Shown: positions 43,588 through 57,565 of the stretch, piece after piece
How positions within the stretch are numbered: position 1 is the stretch's first letter
How the letters are laid out: each line of letters begins with the position of its first letter
Program-made: the position numbers and the translations under genes
The notes under the pieces: generated by a model
Database searches by the model: none
What the model was told of the DNA's origin: nothing
What the model saw: only the letters and a program-made list of their open reading frames with translations
DNA from: Octopus sinensis
Lineage: Eukaryota
Length of the DNA stretch: 64,000 nt
Direction: 5' to 3'
Assembly: GCF_006345805.1 (NCBI RefSeq)
Contig: NC_042998.1
Location: 149,110,001-149,174,000, forward strand

Positions 43588-44177
43588 GCCCTAATGCAGT
43601 ACCAGGCAGTGGCTCTCATGGATGCCCTGATGCAGTACCAGGCAGTGGCTCTCATGGCTTCTGATCTTAACTGATTGGAAGTGTTATCATGTACATTGTT
43701 TTGTCTTGGTATAAAAGATGGGCTACAGCAAATATTCTGCTCAATACCACAGATTTGCTTGTCAGTTGTTTGACCTTAACCAGTTGAGCATGTCCCTTAG
43801 TGGCTGACGATATGTGCATCTCTGATCACGAGCAGAAGTAGTGGGGGAGCATCATGGCCATGTGTTGAGAAGGATTCTTTGGAGTTTGAATGGTTCACCT
43901 CTGGAAACATAGGTGTTTCGTTCAACATCCTAAAGCAACCCTTATTCAGGGACCGTTTGAGCAGGATGGGCTACTCAACCTGAAGAAAATTCTAACTGGG
44001 CCCCACCTGCAAGGTCATGTGCTGTTTATCTTGATATGAGATCACCATGTCGCGCACATATGGTTGTGATGCATGTGCCTGGTGTACCTTTATCAGACGG
44101 GTAGTCATGATGGGTATATTGGGCTTCGTATATTTTACCCCAGTGTCACTTTGATGGCATGAACTGCTCTCTCACTC
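43081..44177 (+). mobile_element. Two tandem copies of the (AAT)n-embedded ~555-bp element (43081-43504 internally deleted; 43586-44177 full length with a 36-bp 5' duplication)
   Basis: Colinear with 26515-26976. ATGCCCT(A/G)ATGCAGTACCAGGCAGTGGCTCTCATGG occurs twice at 43586-43657. Confidence 0.8.
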
Positions 44178-44210
44178 AATAATAATAATAATAATAATAC
44201 TGATGATGAT

Positions 44211-44413
44211 TTCAAATGTTAGCACATGGCCAGCAATTTCCTGGGAGGGGTTAAGTTATTTACATCAACCACAGTACTCAACTTATTTTATCAACCCCGA
44301 AAGGATGAAAGGCAGAATCAACCTTGGCGGAATTTGAACTCGGAACGTGATGACGGAAGAAATGTCTCTAAGCATTTTGCGCCGCAAGTTAATGATTCTG
44401 CCAGTTCACCACC
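44211..44413 (-). mobile_element. Diverged SINE family A
   Basis: CCCCGAAAGGATGAAAGGC...GGCGGAATTTGAACTC...CTGCCAGTTCACC. Confidence 0.75.
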
Positions 44414-45439
44414 TTCCCACCATCACAAAATTCACCATCACTACCAACATCAATGTCAATGTTAATAGTGACATCTCACACGTGACCACCACCACCATCG
44501 TCATTACCACCATTAACACCACCACCACCAGCACCACTACCACGACTACCATCACCACCACCATTAACACCACCACCACTACCACTACCACCACCACAAC
44601 CACTACCGCTACCACCATTACCACCACTGCCATTACCATCACCACCTCCTGTACCGCCGCCGCCATCATCATTATCTACACAAATATCACCAAGGACACA
44701 CCTTTTCCAACATCACTAACACCATTGCTATCAACACAGTCGCCCAAACCATCACCACCACCACCACCACCACCACCACCACCACCGCCACCACCACCAC
44801 CGCCACCATCGCCATCACAACTCTTCCTATAAACACTAACTCCACCATGCCATCATCTCCGCCCCATCCTACGTCTATTCCGCTTATCTTTACTTTATGG
44901 TTTCTTAATGTTAAGCGCCATTTTGTTATTATTTTCGTTTCGTTTTGTTTTATCTTATTATTTTGCTCTTTCTTTTGTTTATTGTTTATTGTTTTATTTA
45001 TTTGTTGGTTTATGTTGTTTCTTTATTTGTTTATTGGCACAGCTTCGTGTTTGTAATTATTTGCGTGTGTTTATGTGTATCCACATATTAGTATGTATGT
45101 ATGTATGTATGTATGTATGTATGTATGTATGTATGTATGTGTTTGTATGTTAAGTATTTGTATATGGGTATGTATATTTGTATACATTTTAGCATGTAAT
45201 TCTGAGTTTATGTGTATGTATACGTATTCATATGTATGCTTGTGTTACTGTATGTATATGTGTGCATGGGTGTATGTTTTATACATGTGTATATTTTAAA
45301 ATCTGCTTGTATGTGTATGTATATGCACATGTTTATATTTGCATCTGTCTATATGTAAGTTTTTTGTGTTTGTAAATACCTATGTAATATGTCTATATTG
45401 TATCTTTATATATATATGTATGTATGTGTATATATATGT

Positions 45440-45473
<34 letters not shown>

Positions 45474-45474
45474 C

Positions 45475-45505
<31 letters not shown>

Positions 45506-45889
45506 TATATATATTATATATATATATATATATATATGTTATATATATATATATATATAGATATGCATATATATATGTATGTGTGCATATGTATATGTAT
45601 GTATGTATTTATATGATTATATTTCAGTATATAGTCGTGTTTGTATGTGTTTGTATATGTTTATTTGTGCATATATTCATTTATATTCGTATTTTTGCAC
45701 GTATTTGTGTGCGTTTGTGTGTGTGTGAGTGTGTGTTTGTGTATGTAGATATATCTGTGTGTGTGTGTGTGTGTTTTATGTTTTAGCCTGTTTTTTCTTT
45801 ACGTTTTTATTTATGTTATATATTCAATGTTGTTTTTGTATTCTGGTGACTTTTACAAAACGTTTCGTGTGGTTACAACAGCGAAATTG

Positions 45890-47060
45890 ACGAAAGGAAA
45901 GAGAAAAACAGAAAGAGAATGGAGAGAAAGAAAAGGGGAGAGAATTGAGAGAGGAGTATGAAGTATGGGAAAGGAGAATTATAAAAAATGAAAAAATATA
46001 AAACCAAATTGTAAAAGAACAGGAAAACTAAGGAGAGGTTCAACTGTAGAATGGTAAATGGAAGGAAGAGAGAGGGATAGGGAAAGAGAGGGAGAGAGAG
46101 GGAGGTGGAAAGAGAAAGGAAGAGAGAATGAAGGAGGGAGAGATACGGAGAGAGAAATAGATGGGGAATGAGTGTAAAAGATGGTGAGAGATTGAGAGAG
46201 ATGAGGTGGAATAGAGGAAATTAAAGAAAGGAAGAAAGACGTAAATGAAACAAAGAAGGAAATTATAAATAAAAATAAAAAATAAAAGAATGAATAAAAA
46301 ATAAAAAAGCTAAAATGGAAAATAAATGAAGGAAAACTAAGAAGAAAATCAATTGAAAAATTCACTGCAATGAAAGAGGAAAGGAAATGAGAGAAAAAGA
46401 AGGTGAGAGAAAGAAAGAATGGGATTATGTGGAATAAAGAGTGAATGAAGGAATAGGAACGAAAGGGAAAGTAAAGAAAATGAAAAGAAGAAGAAAAAGA
46501 TTTGATATAAATGGGGAGAATTTAGGAAGAATTGTTTTAAAATGATGATGGAATGAAAAGAACGAAAAATGGGGATTTGGGTGAGACAGTAATTAGTAAA
46601 AAACAAAGAGAATTATAGAAAGAGAAGGAGAAGAGAAAAAAATAAGGAGAAAGAGAGAAAGATAAGAAATATAGAAATGGAGGAATTAAAAGAAAGACAG
46701 GGAAACTAGATGAAAAAATTGTACCAAAGAAAGTAAGAATGAATGAATGAATGAATGTATGAATGAATGAATGAGAGTAACGGGGAAAATAAAGAAAGAT
46801 ACTAATATCAAAGAGAGAAAAAAAGAAAAGAAAGAGAAAGAAAGAAAAGAAAGAAAGCAGGAAAGAATGAAGATTGTGAATGTATGAAACACAGAAAGCC
46901 GAGAAGAAATTTTAGGAAGTAAACAAGAAAGAAATAAGAAAGAAAATAAAAATAAAATAAAATAAATGACTTAAATAAAAGCAAATGACAAAAAAAAATG
47001 AAAGAAAAGGAAGAAAGATAGGTGGATGAGGAGAAAACAATAGAGAAGGAATATGTGTTT
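45890..47060. repeat. ~1.1-kb purine-rich (GA/AAG/GAAT) low-complexity tract
   Basis: The top strand is overwhelmingly A/G. Confidence 0.85.
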
Positions 47061-48229
47061 TGAAGAAATTACGGAATGGTAAAAATGGCCGAGAAAAATG
47101 ATAAATTTTGAGATGGAATTACGGTGTAAGTTAAAGAAATACTTTCACGAATCTGTTTTTAGTGTAGTCTTTGCTGTTGTTGGTGAAGTCAGTTTAAGTA
47201 TAATCAAGCAGAAGCATCGTAAGAGGCGCTCCAGGCATAACCATCTAGTCTGTTTAGTATATACAGTGCATCAATCCATACAGAGCACATTTATCCAATT
47301 TGCTCTTCTTTAAGATGGGAGAGAGTAATGTTGGCGCTCCTACACTTCCACACCACAAGGGAGATCACTGTGATACATATAACATTGAGTTGATAAGTCA
47401 TACAATTATATTTATGACGAATTATTAAGAAATAATGGTTATAATTATAATCAAAATTAATTATTAATTATGAGTGTTGGTCCCATAAAGTAATTAGTGT
47501 CATATTGTAATAAAAACATAAATAATTTTCATTTTTATATTTGATTTTGAATCTCTTTAGGCGTGGTGGTGGTTGGAGGGAATCACATGATTTATGAAAC
47601 GGTAATCCAACTAATGTCTTTTCAGAATCATCATTTTGTTTCGGTTTGATGGCAAAATCTTAAAGACCACTCACCCGTACCCCCTCTCTCTCCAACTCAT
47701 TCTGTATGTGTGTACGTATGTGCGTGTGATTGTGTGTGTGCGTGTGTGTGTGTGTATGTGTTTGTGCGTGTACATTACTACAACACATATGAATGTACTA
47801 CCGATAATAACATACTTTCTCCGAGCTTTGGATTATTTTCTGTCTTAAATTTGATAAGGGGAATATTTCCCGAAATATAATAGAAACATTAAATTTATGT
47901 AGGATAATACAATCTTCATTTTGCTTTCAATTTATTTGCATCACTTTAGATATTTTGTCGAACGCCTCACCTTGCCTATACATTCTTCAAAATGTATGTA
48001 GGTATGAATGTGTGTATACATAAGAATATTTGTGTGTGTGTGTGTGTTTATATCAAGTTACATATAAAAATAGAAAACACAGAAATAAAGAAACGAAAGC
48101 GCCAAGAAGGAAAGGACAAAAGGAAAAATAATGAAATCAGTAAATAAATAAATAAAAAATAGATTAGGACAAATATCCGACAAATGTAAATAATGTACAT
48201 AATTCCTCATCTCTCAAATATAGAACTGA

Positions 48230-48314
<85 letters not shown>

Positions 48315-48354
48315 AAGACTGATTGATTGATAGGTTGATAGATTGATGGATTGG

Positions 48355-48408
<54 letters not shown>

Positions 48409-49236
48409 GATTGATTGATTGATTGATTGGCCGGTTGGTTGAATAAAACAGAAAAAAGGATGAATGAAAACGAAATGAAAAGAAGAAATCTAAATAAAGA
48501 CAAAGAAAAGGGATATATGCAGAGGATGGAGAAGAAATTTCAAGAAAATAGAAAGGAAAATTGAAAGAAGACGAAATACGCATTGAAAGAAAATGTCGTT
48601 GGGAAGAATGATTTATGGAAAAAACAAAACAAAGAAAACGTAATTTATGAAAAATATGTGTATATATAATATGTAAAAATAGTAAAGAAGAAACTGGATG
48701 ACTTGGTTTAAAGGAACGAAAAGTGTAAGAAAATATGAGTTGATGGTTGAATATACCGAGACAAAATGGCTGACCTCATAGAAGAACGAAGAAAAAATAA
48801 ATACAAGAAATTGTTAAAATGTTATCTCCTTTATAAATCCTTCCAATAACCTTTTTACTCTGGAAGATCATTGGCTAGCTGTATGTAGTGTGTGAGTGTC
48901 TGTGCTGGTGTGTAGTGGTATAATATACATACATACATACATACATACATACATACATACATACATACATACATAATACATACATACATACACACATACA
49001 CACATACACACACACACACACACATATGTATATATGTATGTATTACTGAATGGACGGCTGGCTGGATCGATCGATTAATGGATGAAAAACTAGTGATGGG
49101 TTATGGAGAGATATTTTGATGCTGCTGCTGGTGTTGTTGCTGTTGTTGTTGTTGTATATACATATACATACATACATACATACACATATATATGTTTTTG
49201 TGTGTGTGTATGTATATGACGGTGTATATATATTTT

Positions 49237-49285
<49 letters not shown>

Positions 49286-49607
49286 ATATAATTTAATATT
49301 ATCTATCTATCACACACATATACACACTCACTCATACAAACACAAACAAGGTACTTAAATTGAGGTCTGTTGTTTTTGAACTTCAGGTCAATCGTGATCG
49401 AGTAAATCTATAATCAAAGGCTTTCCATCAATGAACATCCCATCAGTTATTTAGAGATAGTGCATCAAGGATTTTTCTTCTTCTTCTTCTTCTTCTTCTC
49501 TTCTTTCTTCTTCTTCTTCTCTTTTCTTCTTCTTCTTCTTCTTCTTCTTCTTCTCTTCTCTTATTCTCCTTGTTGTTGTTGTTGTTGTTGCTCTTCTTCT
49601 TCTTCTT

Positions 49608-49701
<94 letters not shown>

Positions 49702-49969
49702 CAATCAGGACTCACGCCATTAGCCACAAAGAATAATTTCTAAATTCGAGCCGACTCTAAGCTACTAAGAATGCGTGGGGCAACTTGAAGATCCACCCAC
49801 CACATGCGATAGACTGGCGGTTGCACGGGCGCGAAAGCTACGTTGTTATCGTCATTCCGTAAACGGTGGTTTTTAACGGGTAGAGAGCTGAATCATCCTG
49901 GGGTACAGAGGATTCGCAATCTAGACTAGGGTCTGAAAGTTTACCACACAATAGTGGGTTCCTCTGCTT

Positions 49970-50163
49970 TGTGGCAGAAGTAGGAAGAAAGAGTGAGAGA
50001 AAGTTGTGGTGAAAGATTACAGCGGGGTTCACCGCGCCGGAGTCTCGTGGAGCTTAGGTGTTTTCGCTCAATAAACACTCACAATGTCTGGGTCTGGGAA
50101 TTGAAACCGCGTTCTTACGACCGCGAGTCCGCTGTCCTAACCACTGGACCATTGCGCCTCCAC
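49970..50163 (-). mobile_element. tRNA-derived SINE, family C (head region)
   Basis: Minus strand GTGGAGGCGCAATGGTCCAGTGGTTAGG (A-box)...GGTTTCAATTCCC (B-box)...GAGCGAAAACACCTAAGCTCCACGAG. A degraded related head lies at ~59331-59430. Confidence 0.75.
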
Positions 50164-50681
50164 TCTGTTGTTGCTGTCGTCTTTTAGTTGATTTAGTTGC
50201 TGGTGTTGTTGATATTGTTGATGTTGTTGCTGTTATTTTGTTGGTGTCGTTGTCGTTGTCGTTGCTGTTACGGTTTTTCCTGTGGATTATGCTCTCTCCG
50301 TGCTTGTTTCTTGCCACAGACATCTTTATGTAAGACAGCGATGAAAGCGTAGCTATGGCGGTCAACTGCTCTCTTCCCTTAAAACCAACCCAGAATTAAA
50401 TTACACTTGAACATCACCAAGTGACACTTAGTCTGTCTTTATCAGAGTCCAGTCTGTTGCATGCATTCGGGTTTCGTTTGTGATTTAAATTAAATTCTTT
50501 TCACAGATGATATTAACACCAGAATCCTAAAACCTACTTCATAACATGTTCCACTAAACGACGGAATTTACCCAGAACCTTCACTAATACTGATATTCTC
50601 GATATATCATGCACAATATGCTTCAAAATTTATAGCATCTATAACACATGATATTTATTGTTAATTTATATGCTTTATTAA

Positions 50682-50877
50682 GGCAGCGAGCTGGCAGAAT
50701 CGTTAGTAAGTCGGACAAAATGCTTAGTGGCATTTCTCCCGGCTCTTTGTTTTCTGGGTTCAAGTCTCGCCAAGTTCAACTTTGCTTATCTTTCCTTTGG
50801 GGTCGATAAAATAGCGTTCAGGTCAAGTACCGGGAATGATGTAACGGCTTATTCTCTCCCTTCAAGATTTTAGACCT
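50682..50877 (+). mobile_element. Diverged SINE family A
   Basis: GGCAGCGAGCTGGCAGAATCG...GGGTTCAAGTCTCGCC...GGGGTCGATAAAAT. Confidence 0.75.
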
Positions 50878-51401
50878 GGAACTATGCAATGGACCAGTAT
50901 CCCGATAGGAGAAATGTTATTTCTGTCATTTATTTATACATCATGAAAACCGGAAAACCGGCCTTATGAGTGCTAAGGCTCAAGAGAAAATATGCTTTAC
51001 AACAGTATAGTCTTTCCTACAACATACCCTTTCCATATTCCAACACGACATAGAGGGCATGGACTTTGATGTTTCTTCATTGCTTTCACTTCATTTTTAT
51101 ATTTTTATTCAAGATGAAAAATAGTCCTCACGATGTCTTCCGGACTATTCAACAAAGGCAGGAGGGACGCAGCAAGACGTTCTCCAAATCACGAACCGAG
51201 CCCGAATGCTTCAAACAGATTGGACTCCGCTAAAGGTGTCAGATGATAATGTCCGAGCGTGATGTATTTCCATTCAACCATGTCTGATGATTGTAAATTT
51301 ACCTTTCCACTCTTGAAAAGTTCTTCAACATGAAACTCTCGATGGTATCAATAGGCTGTTATGAGACAAAATATATGATATTGCATAAGAAATTTTCATG
51401 C

Positions 51402-51442
<41 letters not shown>

Positions 51443-51446
<4 letters not shown>

Positions 51447-52002
51447 GTTGTTCGTGCCGATTTATAGCAGCTTACCTTTCGACTTATTTTAAAACATGGT
51501 TGAGTCCATAAAATAGGATTTCACTACACCCCCATTTAGAATACAGTTTAAGCTATCTTTTCGTGGAAGAAGGTTTATGTTCCCATAACCTGTGTTAATT
51601 CTGTAACCCTTTAAAATGGAAGCTAAGAAAGTTCATTTTCAGCACTTGATGCTTTGGTAACCAGACAAAAATTGCTGCAGTTCGGCTGAGATGTGTTACC
51701 TCACCCTCCATATTCACCAGATATTGCTCCTTCGGATTTCCACTTATTCAGGTCTCTGCAGAATAGTCTTAATGGTCAGAATAGTCTTAATTCCTTGGAT
51801 GACGTAAAAAGATTCCTTGATGAATTCTTTGCCATGACACGACCTAAATTCTGGGAAGATGGTATTTTCAAGTTAAAGGAAAGATGGAGACGCATTGGGC
51901 AACAAAATGGTTCATATTTGGTTGATTAAAAATGTAATGGCGAGTATATATTGACCTTTTTCTTTCCCTTAAAAATCGGCACGAACTTTCCGGACAACCC
52001 AA
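51443..52002 (+). mobile_element. Internally deleted mariner (a different subfamily, TTGGGTTG TIR)
   Basis: TA TSD on both sides. 3' TIR AAATCGGCACGAACTTTCCGGACAACCCAA; the 5' TIR is the same minus 9 nt. MEAKKVHF at 51616 is fused to LPHPPYSPDIAPSDFHLFRSLQNSL...NGSYLVD*. Confidence 0.9.
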
Positions 52003-52011
52003 TATATATAT

Positions 52012-52042
<31 letters not shown>

Positions 52043-52072
52043 GTGGTGTGTGTGTGTGTGGTGTGTGTGTGG

Positions 52073-52103
<31 letters not shown>

Positions 52104-52397
52104 TGTGTGTGCGTATGTGTGTATGTATGCATATAATAGAAACGGTTCAATCTATTCACAGTGACACATAGCTTCAGGCTTTGTATAGCTATTGATTGGT
52201 TTATACACCGGTTTCACTCAGCGAAAGATTTGTTTTGAACACAAAGTAGTTCATATTTTTGTTTGTGCCATAAACATTCTGGGGCATCAGCTTCCTAATC
52301 TCAAACCTACCTTGGAATTTGAAAAAGTCAAATAAAATTTCGAAACAGCTTTAAATGTATTTATGAAGAATCATTGATAGTTTATAAAGAAATGCGA

Positions 52398-52436
<39 letters not shown>

Positions 52437-53035
52437 AGGCTAAAAGAAAAGAAAAAGGAAAACAGAAAAAAGGAAAAGAGATCAAAGAAAAATAGAGAAC
52501 GAAGAACGTAAGGAATGAACAAAAGAGAAATCTTTATTTCTGAAAATCATTAATAACCGGAAGATCTGCATCTCAGTTCTCATCGTCCACATCTGAATCA
52601 ATACACTATCTCTTTTGTGGTGGTCGTGTCTGGCTTCATCACGTTTTCAAAAAATGTTTTTTTTTTGAAGTTCAAGTATATCCTTCAAGTATATTCAAGT
52701 ATATTCTTCAGGATTTGTGTATTTTCGGCTGGTCAGAGACCATACTTTCCACTACCATATACCTTCCAAAGCCTTCATTGTAGCAGTTATATAGTCCGGT
52801 TTCCGTTTGCAGTTGAAAAATTACTCGACTACCGTTTTGGATATTAAAACGAATTATATAAATAAACATCACAATATCAATACACAGCTGTTTGTTTGGT
52901 ATTTTTATTTTCTTGGGTGATGGGGGGGGGGGTGAAATTTTTAGTACGACCGTTGCACATGTTACACAGTAAATAATTTCAAAATATTTAGTAGTAGTAT
53001 AATAGTGGTGGTATTATTATTATTATTATTATTAT

Positions 53036-53074
<39 letters not shown>

Positions 53075-53118
53075 CAGCAGCAGTAGTAGTAGTAGTAATA
53101 GTAGTAGTAGTAGTAGTA

Positions 53119-53153
<35 letters not shown>

Positions 53154-53395
53154 AAAAATAAGAGAAGGAAGAGGAGGGGCTAGAAGGAGTAGGACGAGTT
53201 AAATAGCCAATAATGATGATGTTTAATACACGTGCAGTTTACATGTAGTGAAGTGAACTAAGTGAACTGTTGAATGTTGTAACGTATGGTAAAGTTGTAT
53301 GGTAGCATTTTAGTGCAGCATAGTGTACTTGTGGTGCTGTGTGCTTCGAATGTAGCATAATGTGTTGCGTATAGTACTTTAGTGTACTTGTGTAC

Positions 53396-53640
53396 AGTCG
53401 ACCATTGAAGACCAAGTCCGACAGCGCAGACTACATTGGTTTGGCAACGTCTGTAGGATGAACACCGGAAGGCTACCACACCAACTTCTGTGGTGACACC
53501 TACCCAAGCACTGGAGAATCCAGCACAGTGCACCAAAAACGATACGGGTGAAACAAATGGAGGAAGATCTGAACTCGCAGCGCCTCGACCTCGAGCTAAG
53601 GCCAACGCCATGGATCGGAAATAGCATCATCACCAGAGTC
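53396..53640 (+). pseudogene. RTE-clade LINE C-terminal fragment inserted in a degenerate (AGTGT)n-like minisatellite (53260-54000)
   Basis: IEDQVRQRRLHWFGNVCRMNTGRLPHQLLW matches the RTE RRLRWFGHVxRM motif. Confidence 0.75.
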
Positions 53641-54026
53641 CGTCATCCAGCGGCACTCACTGCAGTGCATTGATTGAGATGTCAGCCTCCCTCTCTGGTA
53701 GCGGCAGTAAAGTAAAAAAGAACAAGAAGACATGTACTTATGTAATGTTTTGTTCTGTACTTTATTGTAGTATAGTGATGTGTACTGCAGTGAGGTGTAC
53801 TGCCATGTAGTGTACTTGAAGTGATTCCTGCTGTGTAGTACAGTATAGTGTACTTGTTGTGAAGCATAGTGAAATGTAACTACAACAGGGTACTTTGTGT
53901 AGTCTTTTGTTTAGGGTAGTAGAGTACATTCCAATGTACTGTGCTTGGCTAATGTACATTAATCTACATTATAGAGTTGTGTAGCACACTATAAATACTC
54001 CCTGTAGTTGCCAAAACCCACTTTTC

Positions 54027-54190
54027 TACAAGTACCATTTATGTCTCAAGGGTCGCCATTTCTTCCAATATTTCTATATTTACTGTACGTTTTCTCTTTG
54101 CAGTTCCAAGAAGTTTTACGTCCTTCTGTCTGGCACTGTTTGGAAGAAAAGAAGAACTCACTCGGACATCCAAATGTTCTTGTAGTTGAC
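54027..54190 (-). mobile_element. Possible 3' terminal fragment of an RLE-type LINE
   Basis: Minus-strand QKDVKLLGTAKR resembles the terminal QKxxLLGTA motif. Short and degraded. Confidence 0.35.
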
Positions 54191-54516
54191 GTTGCCGTCC
54201 TCACCGTCGTTGTTGTTGCGTGCGCTGTTGTTCTTGTTGTTCTTCTGGTTTTGGCTTATTTTTCCTTGTTTTACTTGCTGTTTTTCTCAATGTTTTTGTT
54301 GTTCTGTGTGTTTTCTTTTCGTTATTAGTGCAGCTTCACTTATTTTTACTGTTCTGTAAGAATCCCCTTAGAGACACGTTTCTGTTAGGAAAGGAACGAC
54401 AAAAAGAAAAACACAAAATAAATACATAAACGTGAAAAATACGTAAAACTATAAAAAGAAAAAGAATAAAGATGGTTTATATCTACCTACACACCAACAC
54501 ATATACATGTGTGTAC

Positions 54517-54551
<35 letters not shown>

Positions 54552-54674
54552 ATATATATACATGTTTTACTTCACAAGCTCACACACACACACACTCACA
54601 CACGCATATACTTACATACATATATATACATATATATAAACATACACGCATATATATACACACATACATATATA

Positions 54675-54712
<38 letters not shown>

Positions 54713-55212
54713 TATAATCCCGCAGACATACACCCATTCAACCACACACACACACAATATTAGCAGCCATAAATAATATCAACAGCGTGAGTTTTTGTCA
54801 CTGGGTTATAACTGACATATACATTTTTTCTTTTCTTTCCGTCTTCCATTCTTTCTTCTATTCCTTTCTTTCGTCCCTTCTTTCTTTCCTTCCTTCATAC
54901 AGGTGTGACTGATATTTTTATACTTTATTACTGGGTTTCTCTCCTTCATCACTCGTTTGTCTGTATTACTTTCGCCATTGTTACATCCGATCTGGCAGTT
55001 ACCTCCCCTTCTTTCGTTCGTTATTTATTTCGACACTCAATTGTTACAAATATAACACCAACATAGGTTTTCACTTCTTCGCTGTAGGTTTTCGACAGCT
55101 ACAAGTCATGCATAATACACACCTTACAGTACACACGCACGCACACACACACACACATGGGCTTGCATGTAAATATGTGTGTGCGTGCATAAACGTATAT
55201 ATGTATGTATTC

Positions 55213-55282
<70 letters not shown>

Positions 55283-55356
55283 GCACACATATATATGTGT
55301 GTATCTATATATACACGAAACTAAAATCTGCATATATAGACATATAATATATATGC

Positions 55357-55450
<94 letters not shown>

Positions 55451-56559
55451 AAGAAGAAGAAGAAGAAGAAGAAGAAGAACAACAACAACAACAACAACAA
55501 CAACAAGTCTCACTGGGGAGACACTAGGGCTTCGATAGAAATCATTTAACCAATATGGAGGTATTTATATGTATAGACACGTACAGATATAGAAACGCGC
55601 ATATTTTGCATATATATGTATATATGTATGTATGTACGCGTGTATATATAATCACATACATATATAGACACATAAATTGGTATACATACACGCAAGCATA
55701 CATCCGGACGCGCGCACATACTTATGCACACACACATGCATACATCTAAGTCTTGATCTGGGTTTTACATGTTGTTATTAATTGTATTGATTCGAATTAA
55801 TATAGCTTATAATGGTTCCCGAGGTTAAAAACTAATTTTATTGGAATTCTATAGTTTTATCATTATTATGCCATTCAATAAGTCCTTCTTGTAAATAGAT
55901 CGCCAACTGACGGTATACTGTCGTGTATGTATGTCCGATCTAACAGTCGAAGTCATGAAGTTTACAACTTTCATATTTATATTAAAATTTATATAGTACA
56001 TGGTTATCTGAGTTTCACATGTTTAACGTTTCCAGGTTAATGAAAATTTGGTTTAGCTCTTGTACTTGCGCAGAATCCTCTTGCCGTTAGTGGAGGTTAG
56101 CGATGATACATATTTTGATATGTTAGATTTTTTTATTCATTTGTTTTTGTTTTATTATATGCAAAAACATTTGCATTAAGTACGATACACAGATGACCAT
56201 TTTTATCTAATAATGCTTCTGTTTTACACAACGATGTATATATATATATATATATATATAAGCATACATATCAACAATCATACTTGTATGTATATATTTG
56301 TAAACAAAAATTACAGCAAACATTCTCGCTTCATTAAATTTAACTCCATCTCTTGAGGATGTATCAAATGGCAGTTATGATCAACTCAACTTGAGAAGGG
56401 GAGATAATCTCAACATTCATAAATTCACCAAAACTGACATGCCATTAAGGGGGTAAGAGGCTTTTCGTGTTTCTTTATCAGTACGACAATTTTCCAACCT
56501 TAATCTCCAGTAGTCAAAGGACTTAGACTGCTAAGAAAAGAGTTGCAAACCGTTATGAT

Positions 56560-56815
56560 TCAGGTAATTTAAACAAAAAGGAGCTAAGAGATATAACTGG
56601 AAGTGGTCAATGTCATGTATCTGAATAACAGAGACAAATAGTGGCATGTATTCCAGATCTAGAAGATTGGTATATGCGAAAGTGACTTTAAGAAATGATA
56701 TGCTAGCCACCAGTCTTCTTTCCGACAGGTGAATAAGAAGAAAACCATAGAGTTGATACACTATATCTGGGAGCTGAAAGTCAACAATACACCACACACC
56801 ATCAAGTGAAGGTCG
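56560..56815 (+). pseudogene. Penelope-like element GIY-YIG endonuclease remnant
   Basis: IGICESDFKK*YASHQSSFRQVNKKKTIELIHYIWELKVNNTPHTIK*R matches the YIGxxExxFKxRYxxHxxSF...TELxxYIWxLK...IKW pattern. Confidence 0.75.
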
Positions 56816-56847
56816 TAGAATGATCTATGCTATACGTTGATGGGTCA

Positions 56848-57116
56848 AAGAGATGTTTTGCCGAACCGCTAAGTTACAGAGACGTAAACACATCAACATC
56901 GGTTGTCAAGCGATGTCGGGGGGACAAACACAGACACAAACACATACACACACATACGCACACATATATACATATACGACGGGCTTCTTTTCACAAGGCT
57001 TTGGTCGGCCCGAGGCTATAGTAGAAGACACTTGCCCAAGGTACCACGCAGTGGAACTGAACCCGGAACCATGTGGTTTGTAAGCAAGCTACATACCACA
57101 CATCCACTCCTGTGTC
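56848..57116 (-). mobile_element. SINE family B, 5' two-thirds
   Basis: Minus strand CAGGAGTGGATGTGTGGTATGTAGC...GGGTTCAGTTCC...CCTTGGGCAAGTGTCTTCTACTATAGCCTCGGGCCGACCAAAGCC. Confidence 0.85.
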
Positions 57117-57314
57117 TGTATGTATATATATATAAATATGTATGTATATATATAAATCTACATACATTTATATAAATATATATGTATATATGTGCATATA
57201 AATACATATTTATGTATGAATGTATCTATATATGTATGTGCATGTTATTATCTATGTTCGAGTGCTTGAGTCTATGAAAAATAATGATGTAGTGCTAACA
57301 CTACATATACACAT

Positions 57315-57398
<84 letters not shown>

Positions 57399-57529
57399 GC
57401 TTGTGTGCGTATGCATGTGTGTGTGTATATACACAAACACACGCACACACACAAACACACACATCGACACATCTAAATATCTACGTATATATGTATATGT
57501 GCATGTAAGAGTATATGTGAGTGTGTGCA

Positions 57530-57565
<36 letters not shown>

